From Camelus dromedarius (taxonomy: Eukaryota), in the NCBI RefSeq assembly GCF_036321535.1, contig NC_087437.1, forward strand, positions 101,930,001-101,994,000: a stretch of DNA of 64,000 bases. Direction: 5' to 3'. The notes below the pieces were generated by a model. It made no database searches and was not told the DNA's origin. It saw nothing but the letters and a program-made list of their open reading frames with translations. This document shows, piece after piece, positions 1 through 12,700 of this stretch. The position numbers were made by a program, and so were the translations under genes. Positions within the stretch are counted from its first letter, which is position 1, and each line of letters begins with the position of its first letter.

Positions 1-34
1 AAGATAAATTTAATCTTATTTTAAAATAAATGAG

Positions 35-163
35 GGGGAGGGTATAGCTCAGTGGTAGAGTGCATGCCTAGCATGCATGAGGTCCTGGGTTCAATTCCCA
101 GTACCTCTACTAAATAAATAAACCTAATTACCTCCTTCCATTAAAGGAATAAAATAAAATAAA
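35..163 (+). mobile_element. tRNA-Ala-derived SINE, camelid Vic-1 type
   Basis: Head GGGGAGGGTATAGCTCAGTGGTAGAG with Pol III A box (TAGCTCAGTGG) and B box (GGTTCAATTCC). Followed by a TAAATAAATAAACCTAATTACCTC tail and an A-rich end. Possible TSD TAAAATAAA. Confidence 0.9.
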
Positions 164-615
164 GTAGCTGCAATTAATGTCCTATTGTTTCAGTATTCTT
201 AATTGGACATTTAATTAGGTGTATTCTGTACAATTACATTTAAAATTTGACTCAGGAAAGTGTTTTCAAGTATAAGTTAGATATTGTAATAAATTAAGAA
301 CCCATGGCATTCTGGAAAACTGCAAAACTAGCCAAATGATGTTAACTTTCAATTTATCCTTCTATAGAAAGAACTATCTTATATTCCATATTGTGATTTT
401 TTATATTTCAAAGTTAAATTTATTCTTTATAGTTTAACTTAGAAATTTTTTATTGTAGTTAAGATCTAGTTCCAAAAGACTTTTATTAATAGTAACCTTA
501 AACTTCTTATTTTATTATTAAAATATCGCTGGTTTAATCTTAATATGAAAATACTTATTTTCAATGTATTCTGTTAGGAAATCTTCAGTGATAGCTTGGA
601 TATTGTTGAAATGGA

Positions 616-1790
616 TTAAATGAAAGCAAAAATAAACAAATGAGACTTAATTAAACATATAAGCTTTTGCACAGCAAAGGAAACCATAAGCAAAACAAGA
701 AGACAGCATATGGAATGGGAAAAAATATTTGCAAATGATGCAGCTGACAAGGGCTTAATTTCCAGAATATATAAACAACTCATACAACTTAATAACAAAA
801 AACCAAACAACTCAATCCAAAAATGGGCAGAGAACTTAAACATACAACTCTCCAATGAAGACATACAAATGGCCAATAGGCACATGAAAAAATGCTTAAT
901 ATCACTAGTTATCAGATAAATGCAAATCAAAACTACAATGAGGTATCACCTCACACCAGTCAGAATGGCCATCATTAAAAAATCCATGAACGATAAATAC
1001 TGGAAGGGGTGTGGAGAAAAGGGAACCCTCCTACACTGCTGGTGGGAATGTAGTTTGGTGCAGCCATTATGGAAAACAGTATGCAGATTCCTCAAAAAAC
1101 TAAAAATAAACTTAACCATGTGATCCAGCAATCCCAATCCTGGGCATATATCCAAAGAGAACTCCTAATTTGAAAAGATACATGCACCCCAATGTTCATA
1201 GCAGCACTGTTTACAACAGCCAAGACATGGAAGCAACCTAAATATCCATTGACAAATGACTTGATAAAGAAGATGTGGTATATTTATACAATGGACTGCT
1301 ACTCAGCCATTAAAAAGAATAAAATAATGCCATTTGCAGCAACATGGATGGACCTGGAGATCGTCATTCTAAGTGAAGTAAGCCAGAAAGAGAAAGAAAA
1401 ACATCATATGATATCATTCATATGTGAAATATAAAAACAAAAACAAAAACAAAACCCCACAAATGAACTTATTTACAAAACAGAAACAGACTCACAGACA
1501 TAGAAAACAAACTTATGGTTTCTGGTAGGAGAAGAGGAAGGGGAAGGAAAGGGATAAATTGGGTTTTGAGATTTTCAGATACTAACTACTATATATAAAA
1601 TAGATAAACAACAAGTTTCTTCTGTATAGCACAGGAAACTATATTCAATATCTTATAGTAACATAATGAAAAAAATGTGAAAATGAATATATGTATGTGT
1701 ATGTATGACTATAACATTAGGCTGTACACCAGAAATTGACACAACATAGTAAACTGATTATTCTTCAATAAATTAAAAAAATAATTAAAA
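616..1790 (+). mobile_element. 5'-truncated lineage-specific LINE-1 (ORF2 3' end, 3' UTR, A-rich tail)
   Basis: Translations match L1 ORF2 (MEWEKIFAN..., [47 protein letters not shown]). Followed by an artiodactyl-type 3' UTR ending AATAAATTAAAAAAA. Confidence 0.95.
710..1434 (+). pseudogene. Disrupted L1 ORF2p C-terminal (cysteine-rich) region
   Basis: In-frame stop at 917-919, another stop at 1121-1123 and a frameshift before 1192. The CCHC motif reads [18 protein letters not shown], with the first Cys lost. Confidence 0.9.
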
Positions 1791-2816
1791 ACCTTTATGT
1801 TTGAAACTTAATTATTGTATGTAATTTGTTATGTGTAATTTAAATATATCTTTAAAGACTTAGCATTTACCACATTTATTTTTTTTTAACTGAAGTTCAT
1901 TTTATATGAAGATTAGAGCTAACTATTTTCATACTGTAGACCTTGAAATATCTACAAATGAACTACTTCTCAAGTTCCTTTAAGTGAACTTGTTTGGATC
2001 ACAAACATCTTTGTTGCACTGTTAAAATATGATGTTTGTAATATACCTCTAGAATCATTGCAAATGATTTCCCGTTTAAACTACTTACCTTTTCTTTCTT
2101 AAAGCTTCCTCTTCTCTCGGGCCCTCTATCCTCTCATTTCAGCTGCATGAACTTTTAAAAATACACTGTACCCTGTCTCCTTGGATTGTCTTAGGTTAGA
2201 ATTTTTCCTGTTGTTCAGATTTCATATCTGACCTCATATGTAACTTTCTGTATCTATTTTTAAAGTGCCCTTATAATTAGCTTTAAAAAAACCTTCTCCT
2301 GCCCTTATTTGCCAAATTATCTATTTGTGTCATGCATGCTTCTTTCTTTCATTCATCTGAGAAGAATGGGACACTTACAAGTATCCATGTGTGATGAGAA
2401 GGTAATATATTACTCATTTATGGAATATTTAAAATCATTAAGTTAGTTAGGACATGAGGTACAATCAGGTCAGTCCTACTTTACATGCTTGAAATTACAT
2501 TTGAGTAGCTTTCCAGTAAGTATGGCTATCAGTAACTTGACTTGAGGTCTAGAAATCAAAAGTGTTTACTCTTTATTAATCTACTTTCTGTTAGTTTGGA
2601 CTCTTATTCTAAAGACATGTTTTTATGTTCTTTGAGAAAAGCCCACAGTCTGAATGTGTTTAAAATAGTAGAAGATAAGAAATATTTAAACTGTAGCCAA
2701 CTGTAAAGTTCTCACTATTTTTTTTGAAATGACTGCTATTTGAGGTATTTTTCTAAATCATTTTGTAATAACAGAGCTGTGTATTATGGAATTCATTTTT
2801 TTCTTACATTCTACAG

Positions 2817-2864
2817 TATAATGATTATGACAATATTTCTAAGTTTTGGACAAATGAGTCTTAA
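2817..2864 (+). other. Candidate 48-nt exon of an unidentified gene
   Basis: Acceptor TTTTTTTCTTACATTCTACAG| and donor TAA|GTATGT in non-repeat sequence. Peptide not recognised. Confidence 0.3.
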
Positions 2865-4230
2865 GTATGTTCTTTGTAAATCCGTTTGACTGTATGACTC
2901 AGAAATACAATATTTCAGTGCGCCTTTAACAAAATCAATAATTGTATGGCTACCTAGAGAATAATTTATCAAGGCTGTTGCATTTTTACCTACGTGAAAA
3001 ACTTGCACAGGAGTTCGATCCATTATATTATGCTAAAATACTCTATAAATGTATAGTAAATTAGGTATTTATATTTTATTTTAATATGGCATTAATTCTT
3101 AACATTATTCCTATAGGCAATAAAAAACATTTTTTTTAAGATTCAGAATACTACTTTTAAGATAACAAATTAAATTTTAGCTTATTATGTAGCTTGTTTA
3201 TTTAGTATATATAGGTCAGTCACTAAATTTTATTTCTATGTCCAACAATTTAGTCAATCATTTCAATAGGAAATGAGGTTAAATTATTGAATGATTTCCC
3301 TTTAAGTAAAACTGATCAATTATATAGTTATATTTATACAAAAAAGTGGTTTGGCAATGGTGAATTTAATTTTTCACATAATTAGTAATTGTGACAATAT
3401 CCCATTATATTTATATGCATATATATATGAGTTTTCTATTTCTAATGTAAGGAATTTTACACTTATGATGATTACATATGTGGAAATTCCTTTATGTATT
3501 AAATTATTTTACTTTTAAGAATTCCCTCTTGACAATCACATATTATCTCATATGTTGAATAAGAGCAGCTCAATAAAGAGCAGTTTAATCTCTCTTCCAT
3601 AAGAATATCTAGCCTAAGACCAATTTCAAGATCCCTAAGTCCATCTTCCATTTGTTGACATGCACAGGTGGTGAATGAAGATGACCAGTCATTTCTGAAA
3701 CCACAGATCAATATTAACTTGTCTAGGGCCTTTGACACCCAGATTTTCCCACCAGGTGTAAGATGACTGCACAACCATCATTTAGTTGGCAAGGAATCCT
3801 TGACAAAGCTGTAAATCTCAAGATTTTCCTCCTGGTCATTGCTGGTTGCCAGAGTCACAGCTACATAACCTTCTGTCTGATAGTTTGTAATCTGATGCAG
3901 TCCTCAGCTTTTGAAAGTATATGGTTCCCAGACAAATAAAGCCTTGTTTTATTATTATCTGTTCACTTACTCAGGCAAATATTAGTTATTATAAGGTCCT
4001 ATCTCCTTTCCCTAAAACATATCAGTAAAAATATTTGGCAGTGCTTCGGGAGGTGATACAAAGTCAGCTTTGACATATTGCTGCAAAGTGCTGGCCTGAG
4101 ATTAAAATTGACTGACCCAACATCATGACTACATCATCTGTAGCTATTGTCAAATTCTTAAAACTCACTTGAGCGTATCTGAACTAGTTTCTTCCCTTTT
4201 CTTTTCTCTTCTAATCTTTTCCTTCTGTAG

Positions 4231-4810
4231 GTACTAGAATATTTGGAAAGTCTTTAAACTTTAAATTGAACAAACAACTGTATTTTCTGAAGAAAGACAG
4301 TGATTTGGCACCATTTTAAATCAAAGTTAAATTTTTTTATTGCAGATATATGCTCAAATAAGAATGACTAAATTTTCCATATAAATGAAGATTTGTATCA
4401 TGTGAGAAGAAAAATGTATAGATAACATTTCACAGGAAAAATTTTTAAGTATTTTGTTCATTTATACTGCTTGATGTTAAAAGCTCAAGTTCTAATTTAC
4501 GTGTTTTCAATGTGAACTGATTTCCTGTTAATTATGTTGAGCCCTATTTTTTATTTGCAGCTCTTTATAAAATCCTGTATGTTTAATTAAAAAGAAAAGT
4601 ATTATCCTTAGATATACAGAGAATGACAGATTTTATACTGGTGTAACTGGACTACCAGTTGAACCTCTGAAGAAATCCAAAATGACCTACTAAAATGTTT
4701 TTTATGCCATATTTCAACCTCAGATATGTGGTTTCATGGAAGTCATATTAAACAGCTTCAACCTTAAACACAATATCACACTTTTTACTTGAGATATTAT
4801 AAAATAAATG
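4231..4810 (+). other. Candidate terminal exon / 3' UTR
   Basis: About 40-nt polypyrimidine tract containing CTAAT and ending TGTAG| at 4230. AU-rich unique sequence follows, with ATTAAA at 4586 and AATAAA at 4803. Confidence 0.35.
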
Positions 4811-5824
4811 CATCAAATTTTAACATCATATTTTTGTTTTAAGGGCATCAGTCATTGTTTTAAAAATAATTTATGACAAAGTATTCCAAAGAGTGAATGA
4901 GTTAAGAATGGATCACTGCTACTGAAAGTTTGGGATTTGTTTTATGTTGACTGTCTTACCTCTTTAACCTCAATTTCAACATATTTATCATTGTTTGGGT
5001 AATAATATGCAACAACTATTTCTTATTTTACCTTGTGTTGATTATAGATTTCTTTCACTGTTTTCATTTTAATTCAACTTAAAAATAGAATTTTAAAGGA
5101 TTTTTATCCTGAAACTGGTTGGTCAATAGTGAAAAATAATAGCATTGTGTGTTATAGTAAATTTATAAGCATTATGCTATTCATTTCTCTACACTAGGTA
5201 GTTTGATGTAGCATCCTGTTATATAAGAGCTGACATGACAAGAATGCAGCTCAGAAAAAGGCTAATTAGCTTGTTCATGGTCAAGCTCTTACAAGTTACA
5301 AAATTGCTATTTATATTCACATCTGTTTTACTCTGCGTCTCTGATAGTGCCATGTCCTTCCATAATTTCACGGATTTATACCATCGGACATACCTTGAAA
5401 AATCTGATCTGCTAATACACTGTTTGTGGATTCTACTCAATAATGGAAACTTTAATAACCAACTCTTTTCACTACTGTAGCCTATACACACATGTACATC
5501 CCATTGAAACTACTGGTGGGAGAGATAAACGGAAATTTTATATGTTTTAGAAATTTTAGAAGAATTTAAATAGCAAGTATAGCAAAAGTTTGCATAGTTT
5601 CATAAAATAACTATGTTACCAAAACCTTGTCACTCTCTCAGTTTAACATCTGGGATTTCTAATCATTTTATAACTCCAAAATGATGCATTTGCTTTTATA
5701 ATTCTTTCATATTCTATTTAAAGAATGGTGTTATAAAATTTAATTTAAAATAAGTGAATTATTTAATAAAGTCTTAGTAATAGAGGAATTTTAGGATAAT
5801 ACAAACAGGTGATAGAGACTTACA

Positions 5825-6131
5825 CTGTTGCCAAATTTCCATTTATTTCCTCTCCTCTGATTCTCCACTCCTTTTAGATTTAGAGTCATGTGATCAGTTC
5901 TGTCCAGTGGACACTGATAATAAGTGTGTTATTCCTAGACAAAAGCACTTAAGACCTAGTGTGTGACCCTCCAGCTTTCTTTTCCTCTTTGAAGAGCTGT
6001 GAAATTGTATGTTGACACACAAGACTTATGGATACACCCTGAAAATGAGCAAGAAATAGGACTTAATACTGTATGGAGATTTCAGAGTTAATATTTTACT
6101 GCTGCTTAACTTAGCTTGTTGACTAATAACA
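5825..6131 (+). mobile_element. Old MaLR LTR (MLT1I/J-like)
   Basis: GTCATGTGATCAGTTCTGTCCAGTGG, TGAGCAAGAAATA and terminal TGACTAATAACA motifs. Confidence 0.6.
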
Positions 6132-6174
6132 GATTTTTGTAAATTTTTGTTTTTGTAGATTATATTGCTGTGTT

Positions 6175-6682
6175 TGTAGGAGAAAATTTATTTTTCCTCT
6201 ACCCATCTTAGGTTCATTGGCTGGGGCCTTGGTAAGTGAAAAAGATTGACAAAAGGCAGATTAACAAGAGAGAAGAAAAAATGAAGATGCACATGGGAGT
6301 ACCCAGTGATGAGTAACTCAAAGGGGTGTTTACAACTTGGCTTCCTTAGCATCTCAACATAAGAATAATATGTCTTTAGAGAAATGACAAGAGAAAGGAA
6401 AAGGATTTTGAGTTTCTCACAAAACAAATTGTGGGAAGGCAAATACAGCAGGAAGTAAGGGAAGGTAAGAGCTAGTTAGTAAACTTTGTTTTGTAGATTC
6501 CTCTAGTGCTGTCTAGAGTTGTTTCTGGAGATTAAAAATCATCCCTCCCTTCCTGGTAGAGAAAGGGGATAAGGAGGAACAGAAAGTTTTCTGTGTCTGC
6601 TATGTTTTCAGTTGCCTTCAACTCAAAATAATCTTTATGCCAAAGTGGAATTTTGAGATGATGTGTTCTGCTACCCTGAACA
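6175..6682 (-). mobile_element. ERV1 solo LTR, MER34/MER39-like
   Basis: TGTAGGAGAAAA...TTTTCCTCTACCCATCTTAGGTTC, CAGATTAACAAGAG and CTCAAAATAATCTTTATGCCAAAGTGG match the antisense MER34-group pattern. Confidence 0.75.
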
Positions 6683-7149
6683 TTCCTTTTATGTGTATCT
6701 TATTTTACACTAGAAATGACTTGCTTTTTATATCCAGCCATCAGGTTCTATACTAAAATTTTATTTGTTTTCCTCTGCCTGTCTGAATTACTTCAAATTT
6801 TACTTATGGAGTAACTAAAATTAGACACTCTATAATAAGTTTAAAAGTATTATGATAAGGCATTTTGGCAACACAGATGGTAAATTGGCTCAACTTTTTC
6901 TACCAAGGTCACTAATTGTTCCCTGGAGTGGATAACATTTGGTTGTGGTCTTAGATATTAATGATAATTTTCCAGTAGTAATAGAACATGACTTAGTTCA
7001 TGCCCTGCTGGAAACCAAGAAGCAAAAGAACTTGAAAATATAAAGAGCTAAGAAAATATGAGAAGCTCTAAACATTTTTTGTCATTGAATTTGAGGGAAC
7101 AAAACACATATTTCTATTGCCAGTCGGTGTATACCATTAATTAACTTTA

Positions 7150-7570
7150 TCTTGGAGTTGCAATGAGTTTGGGTACTGAGGAGTATGTCTCCAAGTTAAA
7201 AACTTGTTTGTGATGCTTCAGGCCTGACCATAGGTTTTGTAAGTCAGGCCTCAAGGAGAAGAGTTGCCTTCCCCATACGCATCTTGATACCCAACCTGTG
7301 CACTGCTGTCTTTGGAAGGAGTTGCAGTCGAGGACTCCCGTCACCCTGGCTGGCCATGCTTTTACACATATCTGCATTCCTAGGCCAGCACCTTCCTTCC
7401 AGGGTCGCTTTATTTGATATTTGATAGAGACTTAAGAAGTCCTGGTCAGTTTCAGAATCTGTGTACTCGCTTATTACTTTCTCTCAAGTTTAAAGATCTT
7501 GTTCTTGAACAGAGGGAAGTTACATTGCCACAAGAGAGAACAGATCTCCCTCCACTCCATTGCACAATCA
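7150..7570. mobile_element. Putative solo LTR, family unassigned
   Basis: About 420-bp GC-richer block with abrupt edges and a minus-strand AATAAA near 7410. Composition evidence only. Confidence 0.3.
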
Positions 7571-10500
7571 TGATTTTTATTTTAAATGTGTTGATCATAT
7601 TCAGTTAAATTGGTCATGAGCTTTTAAGGCAAGAAATAACTGGAATATCCTAAGTATAAAGGACTTTTTTACTTGACTACTTTTTGTCCAACTAATTTTT
7701 TCATCCAATCAGTGGATTTTTTTTTAACAGTTGATTGAAGATGTATGTCACTGCATTGTATGAAGTATACTCAGCTCTTTGGAAGTAAATAAAGACCTTG
7801 ATTTATTTTTCTGGGAAACTTGAGGAAGTTGACAGACTATTCAGTTACTTGTAATCCGTGCAGTTTTCTTAATAAAATAAAATACATATCAACTAAATAA
7901 CTTTATTATAGAGCTCATCCTTTAATGTGACACAAAGATGATTGGAAGAAAAAGGATATGTTTATGAGAGCTACCAAAGGTGAGATTAGACTAAAGCTGA
8001 ACCATGCTTACAGCTCTTTTAAAAACTAACCCAGGCTAAAACTTTCATGTAGCTCCACTTAGAAAATTATTTTACCAATTATTTTATAAAATTCATTTCA
8101 TACAATGATCTAATCAAATATTAATTTTTATGGCATCAAATACTCCCTTTTCTTAGAATGAGACAAAAGAGATGTTTTCACAGAAAAGTAGTCATAATCC
8201 CAGGAAAACTGAAAGTGAGAAAGAATGTTAAATTACTTGAGCTTAACTCTATATAGTCATACTTTGCCTTATTAGAATTAATTATTAGTACTATTCATAT
8301 TCTACTTATATTCAACTAAACTGTTATTCTTAAATTACTTGTTATATTTTACAAGACATTAATAACCAGATCTACTTCTTAAATATTGTGCTTTTTTGTT
8401 TTCTATATAATTTTGTAAGATTTGTATATCCATCTTTTGAATAAAGTAGCAAAGCCCTTCCCTTTATGCCATTTCGCCTTGTGTTAATATTTCACCATGA
8501 GGTTACAATCAGTTATGTCTCTGCATATTGCTGCAATCTTTCCTTGGATAATATTTATACCTAATATGTATTAGTATTAATATGAGCCTTTGCCCTATTA
8601 CACTGAATAGTATTTCTGGTTTTCTTAAGTGATCAATTGCAGACTAGGCTATTCTCCAAAACCACCATGACTTAGCCTTATAATTCTTTTGAGTTATCAG
8701 TCTTCCAGGAATGAACTCCCTGAATAAAAGTTCACTGCACCTTTGATACCATGCACTTATTCTTTTGGAAAAGGTATTAATACTCTCAAGTCACTTGGGC
8801 ACCATTTGTTCTTTATAGCCACAAAGTGGTTGCACATCTTAATGCAAGGATTATCATGTAACATTTGGGTGGAATGAGGTAATAAATAAGTGAAGGATGA
8901 GTTTTTTATGAGCTTTTGAGTTCTATATATATATGTCTTTTGTCTCTGCCCTCCTAGGTGTCAAGTTATTCCTTGAGACTAAAATATTGCCCCTTATAGA
9001 CCTTATTCCCTGAACCTTAGTCAGGACTTCTTAATTTCTCTAGACCAGTAAGCCAGTGCTGCATACTTGAATCCTCAATTAATTTGCCTGAGAGTGATTA
9101 CTGTACTTCCAACAGTGCATGCAAGTTTGCATTCTACTGCAGAAGTAGATATGCTTTTAGAGTAAATATACCTCCCCTGTTTTGAATATTACAAGAATTA
9201 GTAATCACAAACAGGAATGGAATCAGCTAAAGCTGTGAGAAACTGAAGATTCTGTACACAAATATGTAATTTTTAAACATTAAGGAACACTTTCCAACTG
9301 TTTATTGATTTTCTTACATAGTTGAATTTCCTTAATGGAACAAAGTATGGAATGGATTAATAAGAGGATATTTTAAAATGTGAATATTAAACTATCACTC
9401 AAAACCTCTGAAATATAAAGAAAACGTGGCCTAAACCAGAACAGGAATGTTTCTCTCAGCTTTTCTACCCTATGTATAAACAAATTCCTACTGTAAATTA
9501 CTTTGGCTTAGAATTAAAACCAAAACCAAAACCCACTGGTTAAAAACCATAGTGTTTTAACAATGATAATATTTTTCATTGCTATCTAATCTTCAAAACA
9601 GTTTGAAAAATTATCATGCACACTACAGTAGAATTATAGAATAAAGGTCTATTGTTTAAAATTTTCTTACTTCATGTTACTGCTAAAGAAGACACTAGGA
9701 GTAAATGTATCTCCTTATTTTCTGAATCATCAAAGAGTTGCATCCAGTATTGTGATCATAAATGTTTCATAACCTAGTTTATAATGTACAGTTTATTGAA
9801 TTTTATGCTTTTCGATTTTATGTATGTAATTCTCTCCCATGACCAATTTCATGCTACCAGCTTGACATCTCTGCAAAGTTGTGGCAAGATACCCCAAATG
9901 GTCTCTCATGAGATGAGAAGCATCTGGTACAGCCCAACACTGTATTTAATTATGATGCAAATTCATTAGAATGTTCTTGTTGTGATGGCTAAAGTTGTAA
10001 TTAGAAGATCTATGTTTATTCTTTTCGAGTTGTTTACATTTTCTAAACCACCGTGGCTACATTTATTTGAAATCTCCTCCATACTTCCCTCTGTTCTTCT
10101 TCTACCTGTAACATATGTTTATATATAACAGTCTGTCCTATTGGGAAATAATAGTACTATTGCAACTGCTAAAATTGCATGGAATGAAAAATGGCTTTCC
10201 ATTAGAATTAGCAAATTTAAATGAATCAATCCATAATTTTGCACTGTTCCATCCTGTGCATTTTTATTTCCAAATACTGATAACCTTTTTTTTTTTTTGT
10301 ATGATCAGTCAGACACAGGTAATCCCATTATATTCTCTTCATCTCTATAAACATATTAGGAGCACCATTCCTTACTGTTCTGTACTCTTCTACTCACTAC
10401 TATTTTGATTTCCATGAACTGTGGAAAAGGATGCTTCAGCTGTCCTCTGAGTCATGAGACTTAAATATGTTAATATAGTAAAGTATTTAGAAAAATGTCT

Positions 10501-10579
10501 AGTTGTAATTTTACTATATATTTCTTTACTATTATAGTATTTAGATTATAAGCTTTGTCTTTAGTAATGGAGCTAAAAT

Positions 10580-10790
10580 ATGATAATGATGATAATACAG
10601 GTATATTGACTGCTAAGTATATACAAGCAATTTTTCTAATCATTTTGCAGGTATTAATTTATTTTCTATTCCCCCAAAATCTATTATTTGGCTTATATTA
10701 TTTTCTCTTTTATATAAGTAAGAAGGCTGAGATGCACAAAATTTAGAAAGTAAGTTTTCTGAGGTTATAGAAGTGCTAAATTCCTAGTAA
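10580..10790 (-). mobile_element. MIR SINE relic
   Basis: AAGAAGGCTGAGATGCACAAAATTTAGAAAGTAAGTTTTCTGAGGTTATA resembles the antisense MIR core. Confidence 0.5.
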
Positions 10791-11049
10791 GAATCTGAAA
10801 ACGGAAATGCCTAACCACTTTACGGCATGTCTTCACAGACCATCAAATAAGAGGTCAAATGAGTCTGAGAGGTGGGAATGTTGGAGTGTATTCGTTATCT
10901 AAACCCCACTGATGACCAGGTTCAAGTAGGGGGACTAAGGCATACTTCCTCCATAAAATAATAAGAAAGTCATTAGAGAAGGATTGACCAGTGTCTCTGA
11001 GAATCTTTGCCTTTGTGGAGTTGCTCTGAAGAACTTGTTTTACTCCTTG

Positions 11050-12200
11050 TTGATAAGTAGTCCAGGGGAATTATGTTCCTGTTGTTCACGGTTGTAACTT
11101 GCACTTACACTCTTTTCTGTAGATTCATTTTTTTTTCCCCTCTTTGTACTTCTACTGGTTATCTTCTGCTGATTCAACTTTCAGTACAATGAAATTCTTG
11201 TCTAATGTGACCATTATTATGTTAGATGTATCTTCATTTATTTTACTATATTTTTCTCTTCTATAATTTCCATTTTTTTCCTATTGATTTCTGACCACTG
11301 ATGAAATTCTCAAGTTATGCCATTTAGAATAACTTAATTACTGTTGTGTTTAAATCTGCTCTTTAGAAGACCAGTATCTTGAGCAGGTTTGAGTCTGGTT
11401 GTATTGTGTGTTTCATATCTTGGTCCTCCCTGTGGCATGCCTAGTAAATCCTGAGATTCTTAAATGAATGCAAGCTATTCTTATGACAAATTTGTGTATG
11501 TATGTATGTGTGTTTGTGTGTATATACATATATAATATATATATATATGTATTTGTTTATTTATAAAACTTAGGTTGAATTATTCTCCCAGTCTGATCTT
11601 CTTCCAAGCATCAGAAGAGTGGATCACCTTGTTCTAATGACTTCTTTCTGGAGTAGTCTTCATAAAGTTTGGCCTATCTCTGATTCATTGTACTTCTTAA
11701 GTATTGTGGTGCCAACTAAGTTTTGATTTTTGTGTTTTATTTTTCTATTTATTGATTGATTTGTTTGTTTATATTCAAGACTACCCTCCTTTCAGAGTCC
11801 TGAACTTTAATTTTTTGCTCCTTAGGAAAATACGACTGCTGAAAATTTTGCTGCACCTTTTTTACTTTCACTTTTTACTTGACTTTTTTCCTCTTGTCCT
11901 TCAAAGCTTAGTAATCAGCAAATGTCTTTATGGGAAATCCAAATACCTGGCTCTCTTCTCTGCTTCTTTCTTATATTCAAGACCATGGATCTTTACATCC
12001 TAGCACCCTAGAAAGTCTGGAGTGCCGCTTTTAATTTCCATGTGATTGTGGTTAACCATGTGGTCTACTCTGCATAATAGCAGCTGTCTTCTTCATGGCT
12101 TGTAAGACAAGAGTTGGCAGACTCTCCAAGAGGAAAAACAGTGCAGAATGCTGGTCTCAATTCAATGAGTTATTCCTCTCTGTTGGATCTTATTTTAAAA
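11050..12200 (-). mobile_element. Ancient L1M fragment (5'/ORF1-side)
   Basis: T-rich strand with degenerate L1M motifs (TTCTATAATTTCCATTT, GCATGCCTAGTAAAT), interrupted by a TG/TA microsatellite. Confidence 0.4.
11493..11552. repeat. Compound (TATG)n/(TG)n/(TA)n microsatellite
   Basis: Directly visible. Confidence 0.85.
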
Positions 12201-12329
12201 TACTTTGTGAACACATTACAAGGATCCACCAAAAGATTCCACTACAAGGAAGGAATCTTGAAATCTAAGGTTTATTAACTTGATAAACCCAGCTGTGATT
12301 AAAATAAAGATTTTAGTAAATTTCCCAAT

Positions 12330-12700
12330 GCTCTGTAAATACTGATATATTACACAAAATGCTATGGGAAAGGGTAGTTATCCAAATTTAGACTGTGCTA
12401 GAACAGATTGGTAAAGGTTTTCTAGTAGAGGTCATATAGATGTTAAAAATCATTAACAGAGTGTTAAAGAAGTTTGAGAAAATGATCAAGTCTGAGGGAA
12501 ATAGCAGCATATGTAAGCCAGCAGGGGTATGAAGCAGTATGACGAGTTGCTCAGCACAGCTGGAGAATAGAATATGACTGGGAAAGGGTGGGAATGATAA
12601 ACGGTAAAGATGGACAGTGAGCCTAGAAAACAGATCAAAGATGGACAGTGAGCCTCGAAAACAGATCACAAAGAGCTTAGCACATCATGATAAAATACAT
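12330..12700 (-). mobile_element. L2 LINE fragment
   Basis: Purine-rich L2 antisense motifs (ATGCTATGGGAA, GGGAAATAGCAGCATATGTAAG, CAGATCACAAAGAGCTT). Confidence 0.55.
12606..12667 (+). repeat. 31-bp tandem duplication (2 copies, 1 mismatch)
   Basis: AAAGATGGACAGTGAGCCT[A/C]GAAAACAGATC twice, head to tail. Confidence 0.95.

Noticed and set aside
35..107. Functional tRNA-Ala gene
   Set aside because: The acceptor stem is bulged, there is no T-run terminator and a SINE tail follows, so it is a SINE.
616..1155. Minus-strand hydrophobic ORFs (104 aa and 69 aa)
   Set aside because: These are antisense shadows of L1 ORF2.
3499..3774. 91-aa minus ORF, and an LSRAFDT reverse-transcriptase-like motif on +
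   Set aside because: No recognisable homology, and the motif is isolated and followed by a stop.
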